A stretch of 64,000 bases of DNA from Cetorhinus maximus. Lineage: Eukaryota. The position numbers and the translations under genes are program-made. Below the pieces are notes generated by a model that had not been told where the DNA came from, searched no databases, and saw only the letters and a program-made list of their open reading frames with translations. This document shows, in pieces, positions 1 to 13,360 of this stretch (positions are counted from its first letter, which is position 1; each line of letters begins with the position of its first letter). Location: assembly GCF_964194155.1 (NCBI RefSeq), contig NC_135883.1:103230001-103294000 (forward strand), given 5' to 3'.

Positions 1-157
1 ACATTGGGGTGGTCAAACTGTCCCATGATGCTTGCTTCGCAGAGAAAGTCCCTTCGCTGTTTTTCAGTGAAACCCACTTTCAATGTTTTAATTGCGACTG
101 GCACGTCCCTTTTGCCAGGCAACTTCAGACGGCCACTGCACACCTCTCCAAACTCGC
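1..157 (-). CDS. EPHA7: EphA7 exon 11 (partial, runs off window): N-lobe of tyrosine kinase domain
   Basis: Minus strand after acceptor CAG (158-160) reads (G)[51 protein letters not shown]; glycine loop and VAIK lysine; phase 1 matches exon at 4929. Confidence 0.97.
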
Positions 158-986
158 CTGTGGAAAAGAGAGGGACATTTCAATCAGAGTGGAGATATGT
201 GAGAATAGATGCGTTTCCTTTCATGAAGTGATTGCTTTCCAGGTCATCTGGATGCTCCCTTTAGTAACTGAAGAATTTATGTTTAAACTTATGTCCTCTC
301 AAAAGTTAATTTACAGTAAATGGTGCTGAACTTTTTTTATTGGGGTAAAATCAGAGATAAAAATGAAGTAATGGTGAAGTAACATATACAGGAATATGAC
401 CAATGATCTCAATTCCGCTTATTCTTGAAGATTTAAAATGTTTTTTTTCACATCAACAATATATATACTTTGAGAAAAACATGACTTAACTATGACCATT
501 CGATGAAACTAAAACATGTTCAAAAGAAGGTTACATAGATTTAATTGATTATGGGCGGACACAAAATTATACTTCTTCAACTGTGCAGAGAGCATTTTTA
601 TTTGTTCAAAAGATGTGAGTATCATTGGCAGGGCCAACATTTATTGCCCATCTTTAACTGCCCTTGAGAAGGTGGGGCTGAGCCACCTTCTTGAAATGCT
701 GCAGTCTATGTGGTGCAGAGATACCTAGCGGGTTGTTAGGGAGGGAGTTCCAGTGAAGGAACAGTGATATATTTCCAAGTCAGGATGGTGTGTGGCTTAG
801 AGGGGAACTTGCAGGTGGTTGTGTTCCCATGTATCTGATGCTCTTGTCCTTCTAGGTGGTAGAGTTTGCATGTTTGGAAGGTGCTGTCGAAGGAACCTTG
901 GTGAGTTGCTGCCATGCATCTTGTAGATGGTGCACGCTGCTGCTACTGTGTGTCGGTGGTGGAGGGAATGATTGTTGTAAGATGTG

Positions 987-1246
987 TGTTGTTCAGTGGG
1001 TCTCATGAAGTGGTTCTGAGTCTTGTACAGTTTAACAGTAAGTGTTTATTAACTACTAGAAAATATATACATATATACGTATAAGGACTAAGCTCGGAGT
1101 GGTCTCCATGCTTGCCTCTACACACAAATTTGTCCAGTACAAGACTGCCCTCTAGGCTCGGGTTACGTGTTCCTTTACATCACAGTGTGGGCGGTACTGT
1201 ACTCAGTCCCATGTTAACCCTTTCTATGCCAGACCCTTATACTACA
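987..1246 (-). mobile_element. Solo LTR (Gypsy-like)
   Basis: 260 bp TGTT...TACA insert that splits otherwise contiguous LINE sequence; TTTATT (AATAAA on minus) at ~1045; same layout as the LTRs at 44424/47204. No clear TSD. Confidence 0.6.
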
Positions 1247-1422
1247 CCAATCAAGCAGACCGCTTTGTTTAGGATGGTGTCAAGCTTCTTGAGTGTTATT
1301 GAATCTACATTCATCCAGGCAAGTGGGGAGTATTCCATCACACTCCTAACTTGTGCCTTGTAGATGGTGGGCAGGCTTTGCTGAAAAATTCCCAGCCACT
1401 GACATGCTTTTGTAGTCACACT

Positions 1423-2037
1423 GGGCAGAATTTTGCCCTTGGCGTGCAGGATCGGCGAGGGCGGTCGGGAAGCGCACCGCCATTTCACGCTGGTGGGCCA
1501 ATTAAGGCCTGCCCAGTGTGATACGCGAGCGGCTGTGCTGAGTGCTGCCTGTGTGGGCGGGGGGAGGAGGGCGAGCAGGCCTAGCATGAACTTTGCGCAT
1601 GTGCACATAAGGGCGTTAAATAATCTCCCCGAGGTATGGAGCTGCCTCAGGCAGATGAGAATATATTGAAAAGATTATTAAACAGCAGAAAAATTTAATG
1701 AAACAGTCACATGGGCAGGGACATGTTTTAATTAAAAATTAAACTTTTTATTTCATTTGTATTTGATTTTGGAAACCTCTTCCCCCCACGGATGAGGTTT
1801 CCAAATTTTCACCTGCCCGTCAACCATTAGGTTTGACGGGCAGTGAAAAATTAAGCACAATTGATTATTTAATGGCCTAGATAGGCCTTTAAATTGTCGG
1901 CAGGCGCGCTGCCAGCTCTGGCATGCGGCTGCCGACCGAACCATCGTGCGACTGCACGTTGACGTCTGCACGCTTGACCGATGTCAACGCGCGTCATTTC
2001 ACGCTCGGTCGGGTTGGCTGAGCTAAAAATTCTACCC
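1423..2037. mobile_element. Harbinger-type MITE
   Basis: TIRs GGGCAGAATTTT / AAAATTCTACCC, exact 3-bp TSD ACT (1420-1422, 2038-2040); inverted paralog at 27200-27872. Confidence 0.88.
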
Positions 2038-2436
2038 ACTGTTCCAGTTCAGTTTCTGGTCAATGGCAAACCCCAGGGTGTTGATGGTGGGGATTCAGTG
2101 ATGATAATGCCATTGAATGTCAAGGGGAGATGGTTAGATTCTCCATTATAGAAGATGGTCATGGCCTGCCACCTGTATGGCATAAATGTCAATCGTTACT
2201 TTTCAGCACAGTAAATAAGAAAATCTGAGCATTCACTTTGTTTCTATTCTTTTACAAGCTTAATGTTAAGGGTTATAAGTGTGATAATGAGTTATGTTAT
2301 TCTGAAAACAAAAATAAATTGTAACCTCATAGAGCCCAACTTATAAAACTGACTCAGGTTTTAAATGTCGAACTACTTCTGCAGGGGTATATTGTTTACA
2401 ATTTGTGAATATATGCATTCAAAGCCTGATCATATA

Positions 2437-2973
2437 GGGCTGGATTTTACAGGGCAATCCCCCTTCCCCTGGCTAAAAAGTCACCCACGATCTCAACGGC
2501 TGCCCCACAGTAACACTAGGAGCAGCATTAATTGCCTTAAGGTGAGACTTCCACCCCTATCTTCGGAGAAAGTCCCACCTCAGTGTGCTGCCGGTCAATC
2601 GGATGGCCAAGTGCTAAGTAGTCTCAACAGTACCAGCTGGGAATGGTGGTCACTGCTGGACCTGCTGGCAGTCCCAGAAGCCAAGGTGCCTAGGTAAAGC
2701 TGGGGTCAGAGGTCTGAGCGAATGGTGGGGGGGGGGGAGGGGGGAGGTTGCTGGGTTCCAGAGGCTGGAGGAGAGGGTTAAAAGGGTGGATGACCTTGAG
2801 GGGCTTGGGGCTTGTCTCAGATGGATCGAGGGAGCCCGCAAAGGAGCTTGCCCCGCACCCCCCAATCCCCAGGTGAGTAGGAGGCAGGAAGGCCACCACT
2901 GAATTTTACGTCCCCGCCCCTACTTGCCTTCAAACATGTTGGTGGGGGGGGGGGGGAGTGTAAAATGCAGTCC
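2437..2973. mobile_element. Harbinger-type MITE
   Basis: TIRs GGGCTGGATTTTACA / TGTAAAATGCAGTCC; flanks ATA/ATG (imperfect TSD). Confidence 0.7.
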
Positions 2974-4928
2974 ATGGGAAAATGGGGGCACCGTTTAACT
3001 TTTGAAACAGGTCTGAAGCTGGTGCTGAGAGGTGCATTTTCAGGCTCAGGCCTCAATTATATACTGCTGGGCAGCTGCGGGTTCCAACTGGGTGCTGCTC
3101 ACTAGTTAGGGAAAGGAGGGACTTCACCTCCATGCTCAGCCAGTCAACAGCCTTGGAGGGAGGAGGAGATTACAGGGGGTGGGTGGGGGGGGTGGAGCAT
3201 TGCGCGGGTAGGCAATGGGTGGTTGTTTATTTTTAATGGGCCCAGAAGCAGCATTTCTGCTGTTTCTGGTCCCATAAAAATAAAAAAATTCTTAGGCTGT
3301 TGATTGACCAACCTTCAGCAATCAATTTAAAAATCATTATTTAGGCTGCTCAAAGTCTGAGACAAACGAACAGAATGCACTGCTTGTTCATCTGCGGGAC
3401 CAGGTGAAAACTGTATCAGGCAGATCTTGGAGAAGCTGAAGTGCCTGACTCTATCCCGATTGTCAACTGTTGCTCGATTGTTTGCTCATGTGAGAAACGG
3501 GTAGCCGACAGCTAAAAAACTGGGCCCTGAGCTTATTTTGGGTCACACCTCATTGGAAGATAAATAATTTTTAATTATTTACATATTTAAATTTGCTCAC
3601 AATGGAAATCAGACATGTTACACCTGAATTCACAATCCATGCCAAAGTTATAACAAATGGCCACATCCGTCCTTCCGCAGGGAATCTGTCCTTGACATTT
3701 AAAACCAAAAAGTTGTCATTGCCCTTCAAATGGAGACCTGAATAGAATCCTAACCCAGCCGTAACAAAATTCTGTTTTTGGGAGATTTTGGCAAGATTCT
3801 CCCCTGGGTTTCAGGGCCCCAGTGTTAGGACCAAATGGGAGTTCTGGGTCATACTTGCCAGCAGCAAGACCAATGCACAATCCTCCTGGAGGCAGCCGCC
3901 TACTTGGCTGCCTCCACACTCAGTGTCAGGCAGGCTCTTGATGCTGTCAGCCCAGGCAGAGGAACTGAGGAGAAAGCCCTCTGGGAGAATCGTTGAGCCC
4001 ACAGGGGTGGACCTCCCTTTCTGTGGCCCTGTCAAAGCGGCATAGAGCCTCTAGCTCCGATGGACCTCTAACCTGCCACAGGGAGGCCACCTTCATTGAG
4101 CTGATGGCCTTCAATCGTGGTGGAGGGGAGGGGGATGGAGTAAGCGTTCCGCTGCCAGCAAAATTCTGGAGCACTCGAAAAATCACCCCTAACTGGGGTC
4201 TTAAGTATTTAAATTGTCTGCCTGTTTCGTGGAGCGGGCACCCCGTCCATGTCCTTGCCACAGAAAACTTCCCCAGTCCCGAGGTGGCTCCTCACTATTT
4301 TCCCAGCCCCCACTGCCTCCAACCCTGTCTGCACGGGGCTGGAAAAAAAATCTGTCCCTTTTTCCCTTTACTACCAAGTTTAAATATTTCAGATATTCTT
4401 GAAGTTTACCATGACATACTTTAATGTGGGGAATCTCAACCAATAGTAATTATTACCATCCAGTCTCCACTTCACAAGGAAATTAGGATAAAGAAAGGAA
4501 AGTTATGTGCAATGCAGTGTTTTCACTCTATTGGTTATTCGAAGTGAGGAATAAAAGTTACTTGGGAAGACCATTGAGTTGCACAGTACAAATTAGATGC
4601 GTTTTAGCAAAAGATAAAGGTATTGTAGCATAAGTAGATACAGTTAAGATCTGACAAAAAGGGATAGGCTTGTTAAGTTTCATGGTCCTTTTCCTGTTCC
4701 TAATTTTTCTTTAATAATGCACATTAGAATTCTTATAAGGCGCACACTAGAAGACCAGACCTTCATCACATTTCTTGATGTCTATTGAATCATAATTCAA
4801 ATGTCAACGGATTGGAAGATATTTTACTGGGCTCTCACACTCTGGGACAAACTGCTGTCACCCAAGATGCACGGCTTTCAATATTACTTAAGTGGAATAG
4901 TTCAATCACCCGCCAGTAACAGACTCAC

Positions 4929-5054
4929 CTGCTCCAATCACTCTTTCAATCTTAATGCAGGAAGCGTCTAATTCCTTGGCAAATTGATGGACAGCCCGGT
5001 TAGGGTCCTCGTAGGTTTCTGGATCGATGTACGTTCTTGAACCTGGTAATTTAA
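4929..5054 (-). CDS. EPHA7: EphA7 exon 10 (126 nt): juxtamembrane tyrosines and kinase start
   Basis: (F)[41 protein letters not shown](G); acceptor CAG 5055-5057, donor GTGAGT 4928-4923. Confidence 0.98.
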
Positions 5055-6169
5055 CTGTAGTAAAGTGAGGGAAGATTGATTGTGATGAATTACTATGTGC
5101 ATGCATGGGAACATCACTACACATATCTCTCGATCTGTGCTGATTCAGTCCATTCTGTGGCGAAGAATGACTGAAAAGTGATCCTGTAAACAATGCACTA
5201 AAATCAGATTTACTGACTGGCCACATTATCAGTAACCTGAGAATGTGTGCCAGTTAGAGATGCTTCCTGGCCATTTTCTTCTATCCAAGCTGAGTTTTTA
5301 AAAATAGTTATGATTTTGAAACTGCCATCTAATTCAAGTTGTTGTGTGCATTTTTTTTAATAGCTGGGGGCGATTGCTGTTTCAAACTGTTGTAACATGG
5401 GACAAAATCAAAACTCAGGTTAGACCAGGGAAAATGGCTGAATGGCAGCATTAGGTTTTACACTAATGATGCTATAGCTTAGGTAGTCCGTCAGTAAAAC
5501 TAGGGCTAATCCATCCTGGACACTGTAAATCTTTCCACAGAAATTTCTGGAAATGTGCAGCAGGTCCATCAACTGTTGGAAACATTCCAAGTTAGCATTT
5601 TGCTCGGTATAACCTTTCAACAGAACTGAAAACAGGAAACCTGACCAGGATGGCCATTGCAAATCATCCAGCAGTCTTCTATTTAGCAATAGTAACTGAT
5701 ATGTCTCTGTGCTTGACCCTCAATTCTTGCTTTACAGAGGAATTCACTTATCTTCCTTTTTGGTTTTGATAAGGATCTCAAACTGAAACTTGCTTTTCAG
5801 ATTTCCAGCATTCACATTTTTGTCTATCGCTTCTCTCAGTTTCTTTGGCAGCACTTATATAAATCAATATTTCTTCATATTCACATTAAAGGCCAAAGGA
5901 CTTTTAGCAGTCATGTTCACCTTTTTCCTCCAGCATGTTTTCAAAACATGCTTTTTGTCTAGAGAGAATAAATGAACAGTTGGCAGCTGGAGTTAACACA
6001 CTATTTCAGTCCTGAAGAGCACGGAGAGTGATTGAATACCTCAAAATGAACGCCATTTAATTCTAACTTAAAAGCCCTGAAAATAGTAAATAAAATCAGT
6101 ATTTATTCATGGTAGAGAATGAAGGAAACTACATCAGTAGCTCAGTAAATTTATACGTGAATGGCTGCA

Positions 6170-6440
6170 ACATGGGCACCAGGAAAGTCCCACATTCATC
6201 CCTCTGGTTCAGTGCTAATCCTGGCTATTGCATCAGTAGGGGTACTATGATTCTCCTCAGTGTCTCTGGGGTAAGGAGGGGAAAATTGGCTATGCTTTCT
6301 GGTCATAATGACTACCCAGTGACTTCTGCTCAATGTGTGGATCCACTATCACATGAGGACTGGATCAAGCTCAGCTGTGACTTCCTGTCACCACCCCCAG
6401 CAACCTTGCAAACAGTGGAACAGTCTGCTGACAGTTAGCA
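6170..6440 (+). mobile_element. Old SINE-like repeat
   Basis: Shares recognisable blocks (GGTAAGGAGGGGAAAA, CTCAGCTGTG) with 57950-58210; family not named; ends approximate. Confidence 0.5.
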
Positions 6441-7524
6441 TAAAGCCTGCAATAGGATGAGGGGATTAAAAAGGTGCATTTATTAAAGATGTGCCCATAA
6501 GGGAAAAGCTATTGCTTCACTATACAGAGGCAGACACAGAAACTGGTCGGAATTTATAAATATATCCAGAACTTAATTATATTCAGCTTTACGTACTTGT
6601 GGACTGAATTTGAATTCATTACCTTTTAAAGAAAAACATCTGATATGATGATAATTGCAGAAATTGGCACTAGGGTTGGTGTGTTTCTAGAATTAATAGA
6701 AACCAGGAATATGAAAAGCCTCGGATGAGACCTACTGCGAATTTTAACTACTTCAGTACCAGAAGCACTGTGGTAGTTAGATTTGTAAATTTGTATTGTT
6801 ACAATTGAATTAACTCCAAACACATTGCTTCATGTTATGGCCCAACTACACGAGATTTATGACACAAATAAAAATCCATTTTTGATGTAGGTGCCAGTTT
6901 ACAGAATTACAGTGGTTTGAAGCCAACTGATTCTTCCTGTTCACATTTATTTTTTTCTATTCAAGTTGTCCCAGAATCGAATATGAATGTCTTATCACAA
7001 GTGTTCTGGCAATATAAATGATAAACTGGGTCTTAAAGTGAAACTTATTAATGGGATCCATCTGCCGTCAATTTGCTGAGCATTCTTCATGTAAACAGAT
7101 ACCAATTAACTATTGGTGAGAAAGCCAATCTCTTCTAAACGCAGTCTGATTAATATGACACCCATACATTTTATTTGTCTGTGCTAGTCATTCGTGTATA
7201 TCTATGTTTTGAAGAGCTTATTTCTTACTCCCACCATCATCACCCACCTCAAAGCTGCCCAGCCTTGTACACGACAGCCCCTCTTGCTTAATTAATGATT
7301 TGCTTAAGGTGGTTAGCATTGTGGGCCATGGAGACATCATTAGGCTGCAGTTACTGCAGGTAAATATCAAGGGAAATACAGCCAAAATTTCTAAACTGAT
7401 GGCTGATGTACTGTGGGGTCTGAGTCATAGCTGTCAGTACACGAGTAGCTCTCGTGAGGTTTCGCTACTGGTGACTGATGCACTCTAAAATTAACAATAT
7501 GGATCAGATTTCAATTGTGATTGA

Positions 7525-7650
7525 CACCATATACACACATACAGACACTCATACAAACACACAAGCACATATACACACGTACATACTGGCCTATGTGTGC
7601 CTATAAAGGCGCAGGGACACACACAGTTATTTATATACATACACATTCAT
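7525..7650. repeat. Degenerate (CA/TA)-rich simple repeat
   Basis: Runs of ACAC/ATAC visible directly. Confidence 0.6.
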
Positions 7651-8071
7651 GCAAAGTGAGGGTGCAATTTTTATAATTCATATCTAGGCCAATGGTATAA
7701 AATCATCTTGAAATTGGATTTTCTAAGCGTAAAATTATTAAATGGTTCTATTATTAGAACATAAATGAGTGGTATAATTAAAATGCCTGTTTTGGAAATA
7801 CTTACTAAGATATAAGTGTGCAAATTATCATTGGAAGTATTGGTGTAAATTGGAGATATTTGACATACAGGGCTGCACTTTCATCCTCGAGGCGGCTAGC
7901 AGGAGTCGGAAAATTTCCTTGCTTCATACACCTGCTTGGGAAAATGTGGCTCCGGACACGCAATCTTTATGGCTGGGAGCAGGGTGTGGGCTGAAGTTGG
8001 GTCTGCTGATCCTGGAAACACTTCAGAGGCAGAGCCAATCACGATATAGGAGGCTGGCTTTTCACAACTCA

Positions 8072-9304
8072 GGGTGGAATCGTCCCAGATTTGCACTAAG
8101 TGCGGTAGCGGGCGGGAAAAACTTTGTTTTACCCACCGGCTACAATGGTGGCTTTTCACGCCGTATCATCCCTAACCTGCTGCATTAATTATGCATTCCT
8201 GGGAAACATGTTGTCTCCATGGCAGGCAGCCTCCGATTCACCTGCCAAGCCATCACCTCTTGATTCATCACACCAGGTAACACATTTAAAGTACAAACGT
8301 GCTCAGTGCTTCCAGCCCAGGACTGCAGCAAAGAAGACATGGCCCCAGAAGACAAGAAGACTGCAGCCCTTTTGGATGCCATGGAGGCTCGCTGTGATGT
8401 CCTCTACCCATGCTCTGGCCGCAGGAGAGGCAGCAACGTTACCTCTCTGGCTTGGCAGTGGTGATCAGTGCCAATGCTGCAAAGAAACGGTTGGCCAGCC
8501 AATGCAGATGGAGGATGAATGATCTCATCCATGTGGCCAGGGTAAGGCAACCACACTCAAGCCCATCACACATTCACTGGCATCTCACTCACTGCCAGCT
8601 CAAGGGACATCACCACCCATTCTCACGTACACACCCTCACACGTCCATCTGGCCTTATCTCCTCTGGAGACTGCCTCCTCAGCCCTCACCATCTTGAGGC
8701 TACTTGCACAGATCAACATGTGGGATACCCTGGGATACCCTCCTTCCTCAGTACAGCTGTCAGCATGCAGCCTCTTCCCTTGCCTGAGGCCACTTCTCCA
8801 TTGCCCCCAAGCAAGTCCTAGCCCAGCAGCCATTGAAAAGCCACCCACATATGGCTAATCTGATAGGTAGAGACCTACCCATGGGGTCCCCTAAAAGTGG
8901 TGGTGCTGTCTGTGAAGCCTGGCGCTGATCACTGTGAGTGCTGACTGAAGCAAGGTAGGCAAACAAACCTTGAAGACCCGAGAAAAGTGCAGGCTGCCAA
9001 GTGCACACCTTATATGTGATGTTGTGAAATACGCTGGCGTGTTTTCCCGCCGACAATCCAGCGAGAGTTGGGTTGAGTTGGGTTTGAGGTTGGATGAGTC
9101 CAGCTGGCTGGCCTTATAATGATATGCTGACGTACTACAATGAGGTTCCCGACGTTCGGTGGTCGGGAATGTGGCCCGCCATCGACGGGCTGAGTGAATG
9201 ATCACAAACTAGCTTCACGACATTGTGAAAATGATTTTTGGCCTTCTCTCCATATTGTCCGCTCACGCCATTGAACACGCAAGCGGGCACAGAAAATCCC
9301 GGCC
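8072..9304 (+). mobile_element. Non-autonomous Harbinger deletion derivative retaining Myb/SANT exon 1
   Basis: Ends GGGTGGAAT... / ...AAAATCCCGGCC, exact TSD TCA (8069-8071, 9305-9307); both ends align to the ends of the 19932-24808 element; near-colinear with 40712-42015. Confidence 0.88.
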
Positions 9305-9689
9305 TCAGGCTCTATATAAAGGGCCGCGCTGGAAGTCACTCAGTGACAGGAAGTTGTGAAGGAATCACAGTGCATCTTATGGTCAGTCCCTTAAGATGAC
9401 TGGATGCTGACTTATGAAGGTGAAGAATTTAACCATTGTGATGCAAGAAAGTCTCGAAGACACCTTTAGATCTCTCTCTTGTGGTGGATGGGCCATCTCC
9501 TGGAAGAAGTGAGGCAGCAATGGTACCAAAGGCACTCATCCAGTGACAGCTAGACAGCCATTTGTTTCTAAGGGTGCATCTATATCCTCAAATGTTGCTT
9601 AGGAGGAGCGCTGTTGTTTTAGGTTCTCCCTGTTGACTATGGCATCATGTACTGAACCAGCTCTAGGTACCCGGGCATGCCTCTCATTT

Positions 9690-10740
9690 CCCCCATTGTG
9701 TCCCTCATCCCCATGCTTGTTCTCCTCAGTTACCTCTTCATCTAAGGCAGATGGCTTCACCTCCTCCTTCACCTCTTCCTCCGATGGGAGTCCTCTTCAC
9801 TGGGCTCTGGATTTTGCATATGTACACCCCTTTGCTGCATCATGCTATGCAGCATGCCCCAGGCCACCACTATCCTAAACACCCTTGTAGCGTTCCTCCT
9901 GAGCGGTCAAAGAATCGGAAATGCATTTTTAAAAGGCCAATGGCCAACTTGATGGGTGCCCTGGTTTGAAGGTGACTGCTGTTATAAAGCTGTTCTGGCA
10001 CTGTCTCTACTTGATGCAATGGAGTAAGCGGCTCTTATCGCCCAGTAGCAGCCATGGACCTGGGGTATAGGCTCGAAAAGGTTTGGCTCCCTCAGGATGA
10101 AAGGGTCATGGCAGCTTCCAGGGAGTCAGACCCAGACATGGAGGAAAACCTTATTGTGGTTGCACACAAGCTGCCGTTGATAGAGTGAAAAGATTTTCTA
10201 TTCATATATCTGTGTGCCTCCTGTGATGGTGCTTTGATGGTGATGTGTGTGCAATCTATCACACCTTGCACTTGTGGAAAGCCAGCTCTATTGTCGTGAA
10301 CTCTATAGCTCTTTGGCTCCAAGACTCCACATCTGTTGGAAAAATAGTGTCCTCCCCAGCCAGTGAAGAGGGCATTGGTCACTGATATTATGCGCTTGTG
10401 GATGGCTCATTGCAAGATGCCACAGAAGTCTGCACCAGGGTCCTGGAAGGAGCTGGCTACATAAACATTTAGGGCTACGGTAACTTTCACCACAATTGAC
10501 AGGGCCTGGGCACCTGTTGTTCGAGGTGTAAAGTCTCCAACATGGCGCAGTATCTCTGACTATTTCTTGAGCCATTCTGAGCCTTTGTCTACACTGTTCT
10601 TGGGTCTTTTTGAGGAAGCTATACCTGTTCCAGTAGACCCTTCGCTCAGGGTAATATCTCAGGCTCCTCCTCCTTGCTAATTTGACTGGGAGCTCTGCCA
10701 TCCCAGGCCCAGGTACAATGGTGCTAGCTGCATGCTGCTA
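9690..10740 (-). pseudogene. Decayed Harbinger (HARBI1-like DDE) transposase of a second Harbinger family starting near 7870
   Basis: Frameshifted ORFs with YPERRVYWNRYSFL...CRQRLRM and [20 protein letters not shown]...[11 protein letters not shown], plus acidic C-terminal remnant. Confidence 0.88.
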
Positions 10741-10792
10741 CCTCTGCCTTTCCTGTACATGACATATGTGAGTGCCCTGCGCCCATTTTTAC

Positions 10793-10948
10793 GAACATAC
10801 AAATTAGGAGCATGAGTAGGCTATTCAGCTCTTTGAGCCCACTGCACCATTCAATGAGAACGTAGCTGATCTGATTGTAACCTCAAATCCACATTCCCAC
10901 CTAACCCCGAAAACCTTTTACCCTTTGCTTATCAAGAATCTATCTAAC
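10793..10948 (-). mobile_element. 3' tail fragment of an amniote-type CR1 (HER1-like) LINE
   Basis: GAACATAC...AGGAGCATGAGTAGGCTATTCAGC tail resembles 55757 copy. Confidence 0.6.
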
Positions 10949-10949
10949 T

Positions 10950-13360
10950 TTTTTTTTTATTCATCCACGGGATGTGGGCTTCGCTGGCTGGGTCAGAATT
11001 TATTGCCCATCCCTAGTTGCCCTTGAGAAGGTGGTGGTGAGTTGCCTTCTTGAACCGTAGCAGTCCATGTGGTGTAGGTACATTCACAGTGCTATTCGGA
11101 AGGGAGTTCCGGGATTTTGACCCAGCGACAGTGAAGGAACGGCGATATATTTCCAAGTCAGGATGGTAAGTGACTTGGAGGGGAACTTCCAGCTGGCGGA
11201 GTTCCCATCTATCTGCTGCTCTTGTCATTCTAGATGGTAGTGGTCGTGGATTTGGAAGGTGCTGTCTAAGGAGCCTTGGTGAATTTCTGCAGTGCATCTT
11301 GTAGATGGTACACACTACTGCTACTGAGCGTCAGTGGTGGAGGGATTGAACGTTTGTGGATGTTGTGCCAATCAAGTGGGATGCTTTGTCCTGGACGGTG
11401 TCCAGCTTCTTCAGTGTTGTAGGAGCTGCACTCATCCAGGCAAGTGGAGAGTATTCCATCATACTCCTGACTTGTGCCTTGTAGATGGTGGACAGGCTTT
11501 GGGGAGTCAAGAGGTGAGTTATTCGTCACACTATTGCTAGACTCTGATCTGCTCTTGTAGCCACAGTATTTATATGGCTAGTCCAGTTCAGTTTGGGGTC
11601 AATGGTAACCCCCAGGATGTTGATAGTGGGGGATTCAGCCATTGAACATCAAGGGGTTATGAATGGATTCTCTCTTGTTGGAGATGGTCATTTCCTGACA
11701 GTTGTGTGGCATGAATGTTACTTGCTACTTGTCAGCCCAAGCCTGGATATTGTCCAGGTCCAGCTGCATTTGGAAATAGACTGCTTTAGTGTCTGAGGAG
11801 TTGTGAATGGTGCTGAACATTGGGCAATCATCAGTGAACATCCCCACTTCTGACCTTATGATGAAAGGAAGGTCATTGATGAAGATGGTTGGGCCTAGGA
11901 CACTACCCTGAGGAACTCCTGCACTGATGTTCTGGAGTTGAGATGACTGACCTCCAACAACTACAACCATCTTCCTTTGTGCTGGGTATGACTCCAACCA
12001 GCAGAGAGTTTTCCCCCGATTCCCAATGACTCCAGTTTTGCTAGGGCTCCTTGATGTCACACTCGGTCAAGTGCAGCTTTGATGTTAAGAGCAGTCACTC
12101 TCACCTCACCTCGTGATTTCAGCTCTTTTGTCCATGTTTGAACCAAGGCTGTAATGAGGACAGGAACTGAGTGGCCCTGGCAAAACCCAAACTGGGTAGC
12201 AGTGAGCAGGTTATTGCTAAGCAAGTGCCGCTTGATAGCACTGTTGATGACCCTTTCCATTACTTTACTGATGATGGAGAGTAGACTGATGGGGCAGTAA
12301 TTGGCCAGGTTGGATTTGTCCTGCCTGGGCAATTTTCCACATAGCCTGGTAGATGCCAGTGTTGTAGCTGTACTGGAACAGCTTGGCTAGGGGTGCGGCA
12401 AGTTCTGGAGCACAAGTCTTCAGTACTATTGCTGGAATGTTGTGAGGGCCTATAGCCTTTGCAGTATCCAGTGCCTTCAGCTATTTCTTGATATCACGTG
12501 GGGTGAATCAAATTGGCTGAAGACTGGCATCTGTGATGCTGGGGACCTCTGGAGGAGGCCGAGATGGATCATCTGCTCGGCACTTCTGGCTGAAGATTGT
12601 TGCGAACGCTTCAGCCTTATCTTTTGCACTGCTGTGCTGGGCTCCTCCATCATTGAGGATGGGGATATTTGTGGAGCCTCCTCCTCCAGTGAGTTGTTTA
12701 ATTGTTCAACACCATTCATGACTGGATATGGCAGGACTGCAGAGCTTGGATCTGATCCGTTGGTTGTGGGATCACTTAGCTCTGTCTCTCACTTGCCGCT
12801 AATGCTGTTTGGCATGCAAGTAGCCCTGTTTTATAGCTTCACCAGGTTGACACCTCATTTTTAGGTATGCCTGGTGCTGCTCCTGGCATGCCCTCCTGCA
12901 CTCTTCATTGAACCAGCGTTGATCCCTTGGCTTGATGGTAATCGTAGAGTGGGGGATATGCTGGGCCATGAGCTTACAGATTGTGTTCAAATACAATTCT
13001 GCTGCCCACAGGGCCTCATGGATGCCCAGTTGCTAGATCTGTTCAAAGTCCTTCGTGTTTAGCACTGTGGTAGTGCCACAAAACACGCTGGAGGATATCC
13101 TCAATGTGAAGACGAGACTTTATCTCCACAATGACTGTGCGGTGGTCACTCCTAATGATACTGTCATGGACAGATGCATCTGCAGCAGGCAGGTTGGTGA
13201 GGATGAGGTCAAGTATGTTTCCCTCTCTTATTGGTTCCTTCACAGACCCAGTCTAGAAGCTATGTCATTTAGGACTCAGCCAGCTCAGTCAGTAGTGGTG
13301 CTACTGAGCCACTCTTGGTGATGGACATTGAAGTCCCCCACCCAGGGAACATTTTGTGCC
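10950..13360 (-). mobile_element. CR1-group LINE, 5'-truncated, frameshifted EN-RT
   Basis: EPIREGNILDLILTN (APE end), NYCPISLLSIISKVME, GVPQGSVLGPTIFINDL, MFTDD RT motifs; poly-T (A-tail) at 10950. Confidence 0.93.

Larger units (their letters stand above)
598..2200 (-). mobile_element. 3' fragment of CR1-group LINE, interrupted by a solo LTR (987-1246) and a MITE (1423-2037)
   Basis: Translated pieces SLHHRHTVAAACTIYKMH and IYKAQVRSVMEYSPLAWM...LKKLDTI match the copies at 10950 and 51361; ends approximate. Confidence 0.85.

Noticed and set aside
4-329. Plus-strand ORFs over the kinase exon (also at 17772-18113)
   Set aside because: Antisense shadows of EphA7 exons.
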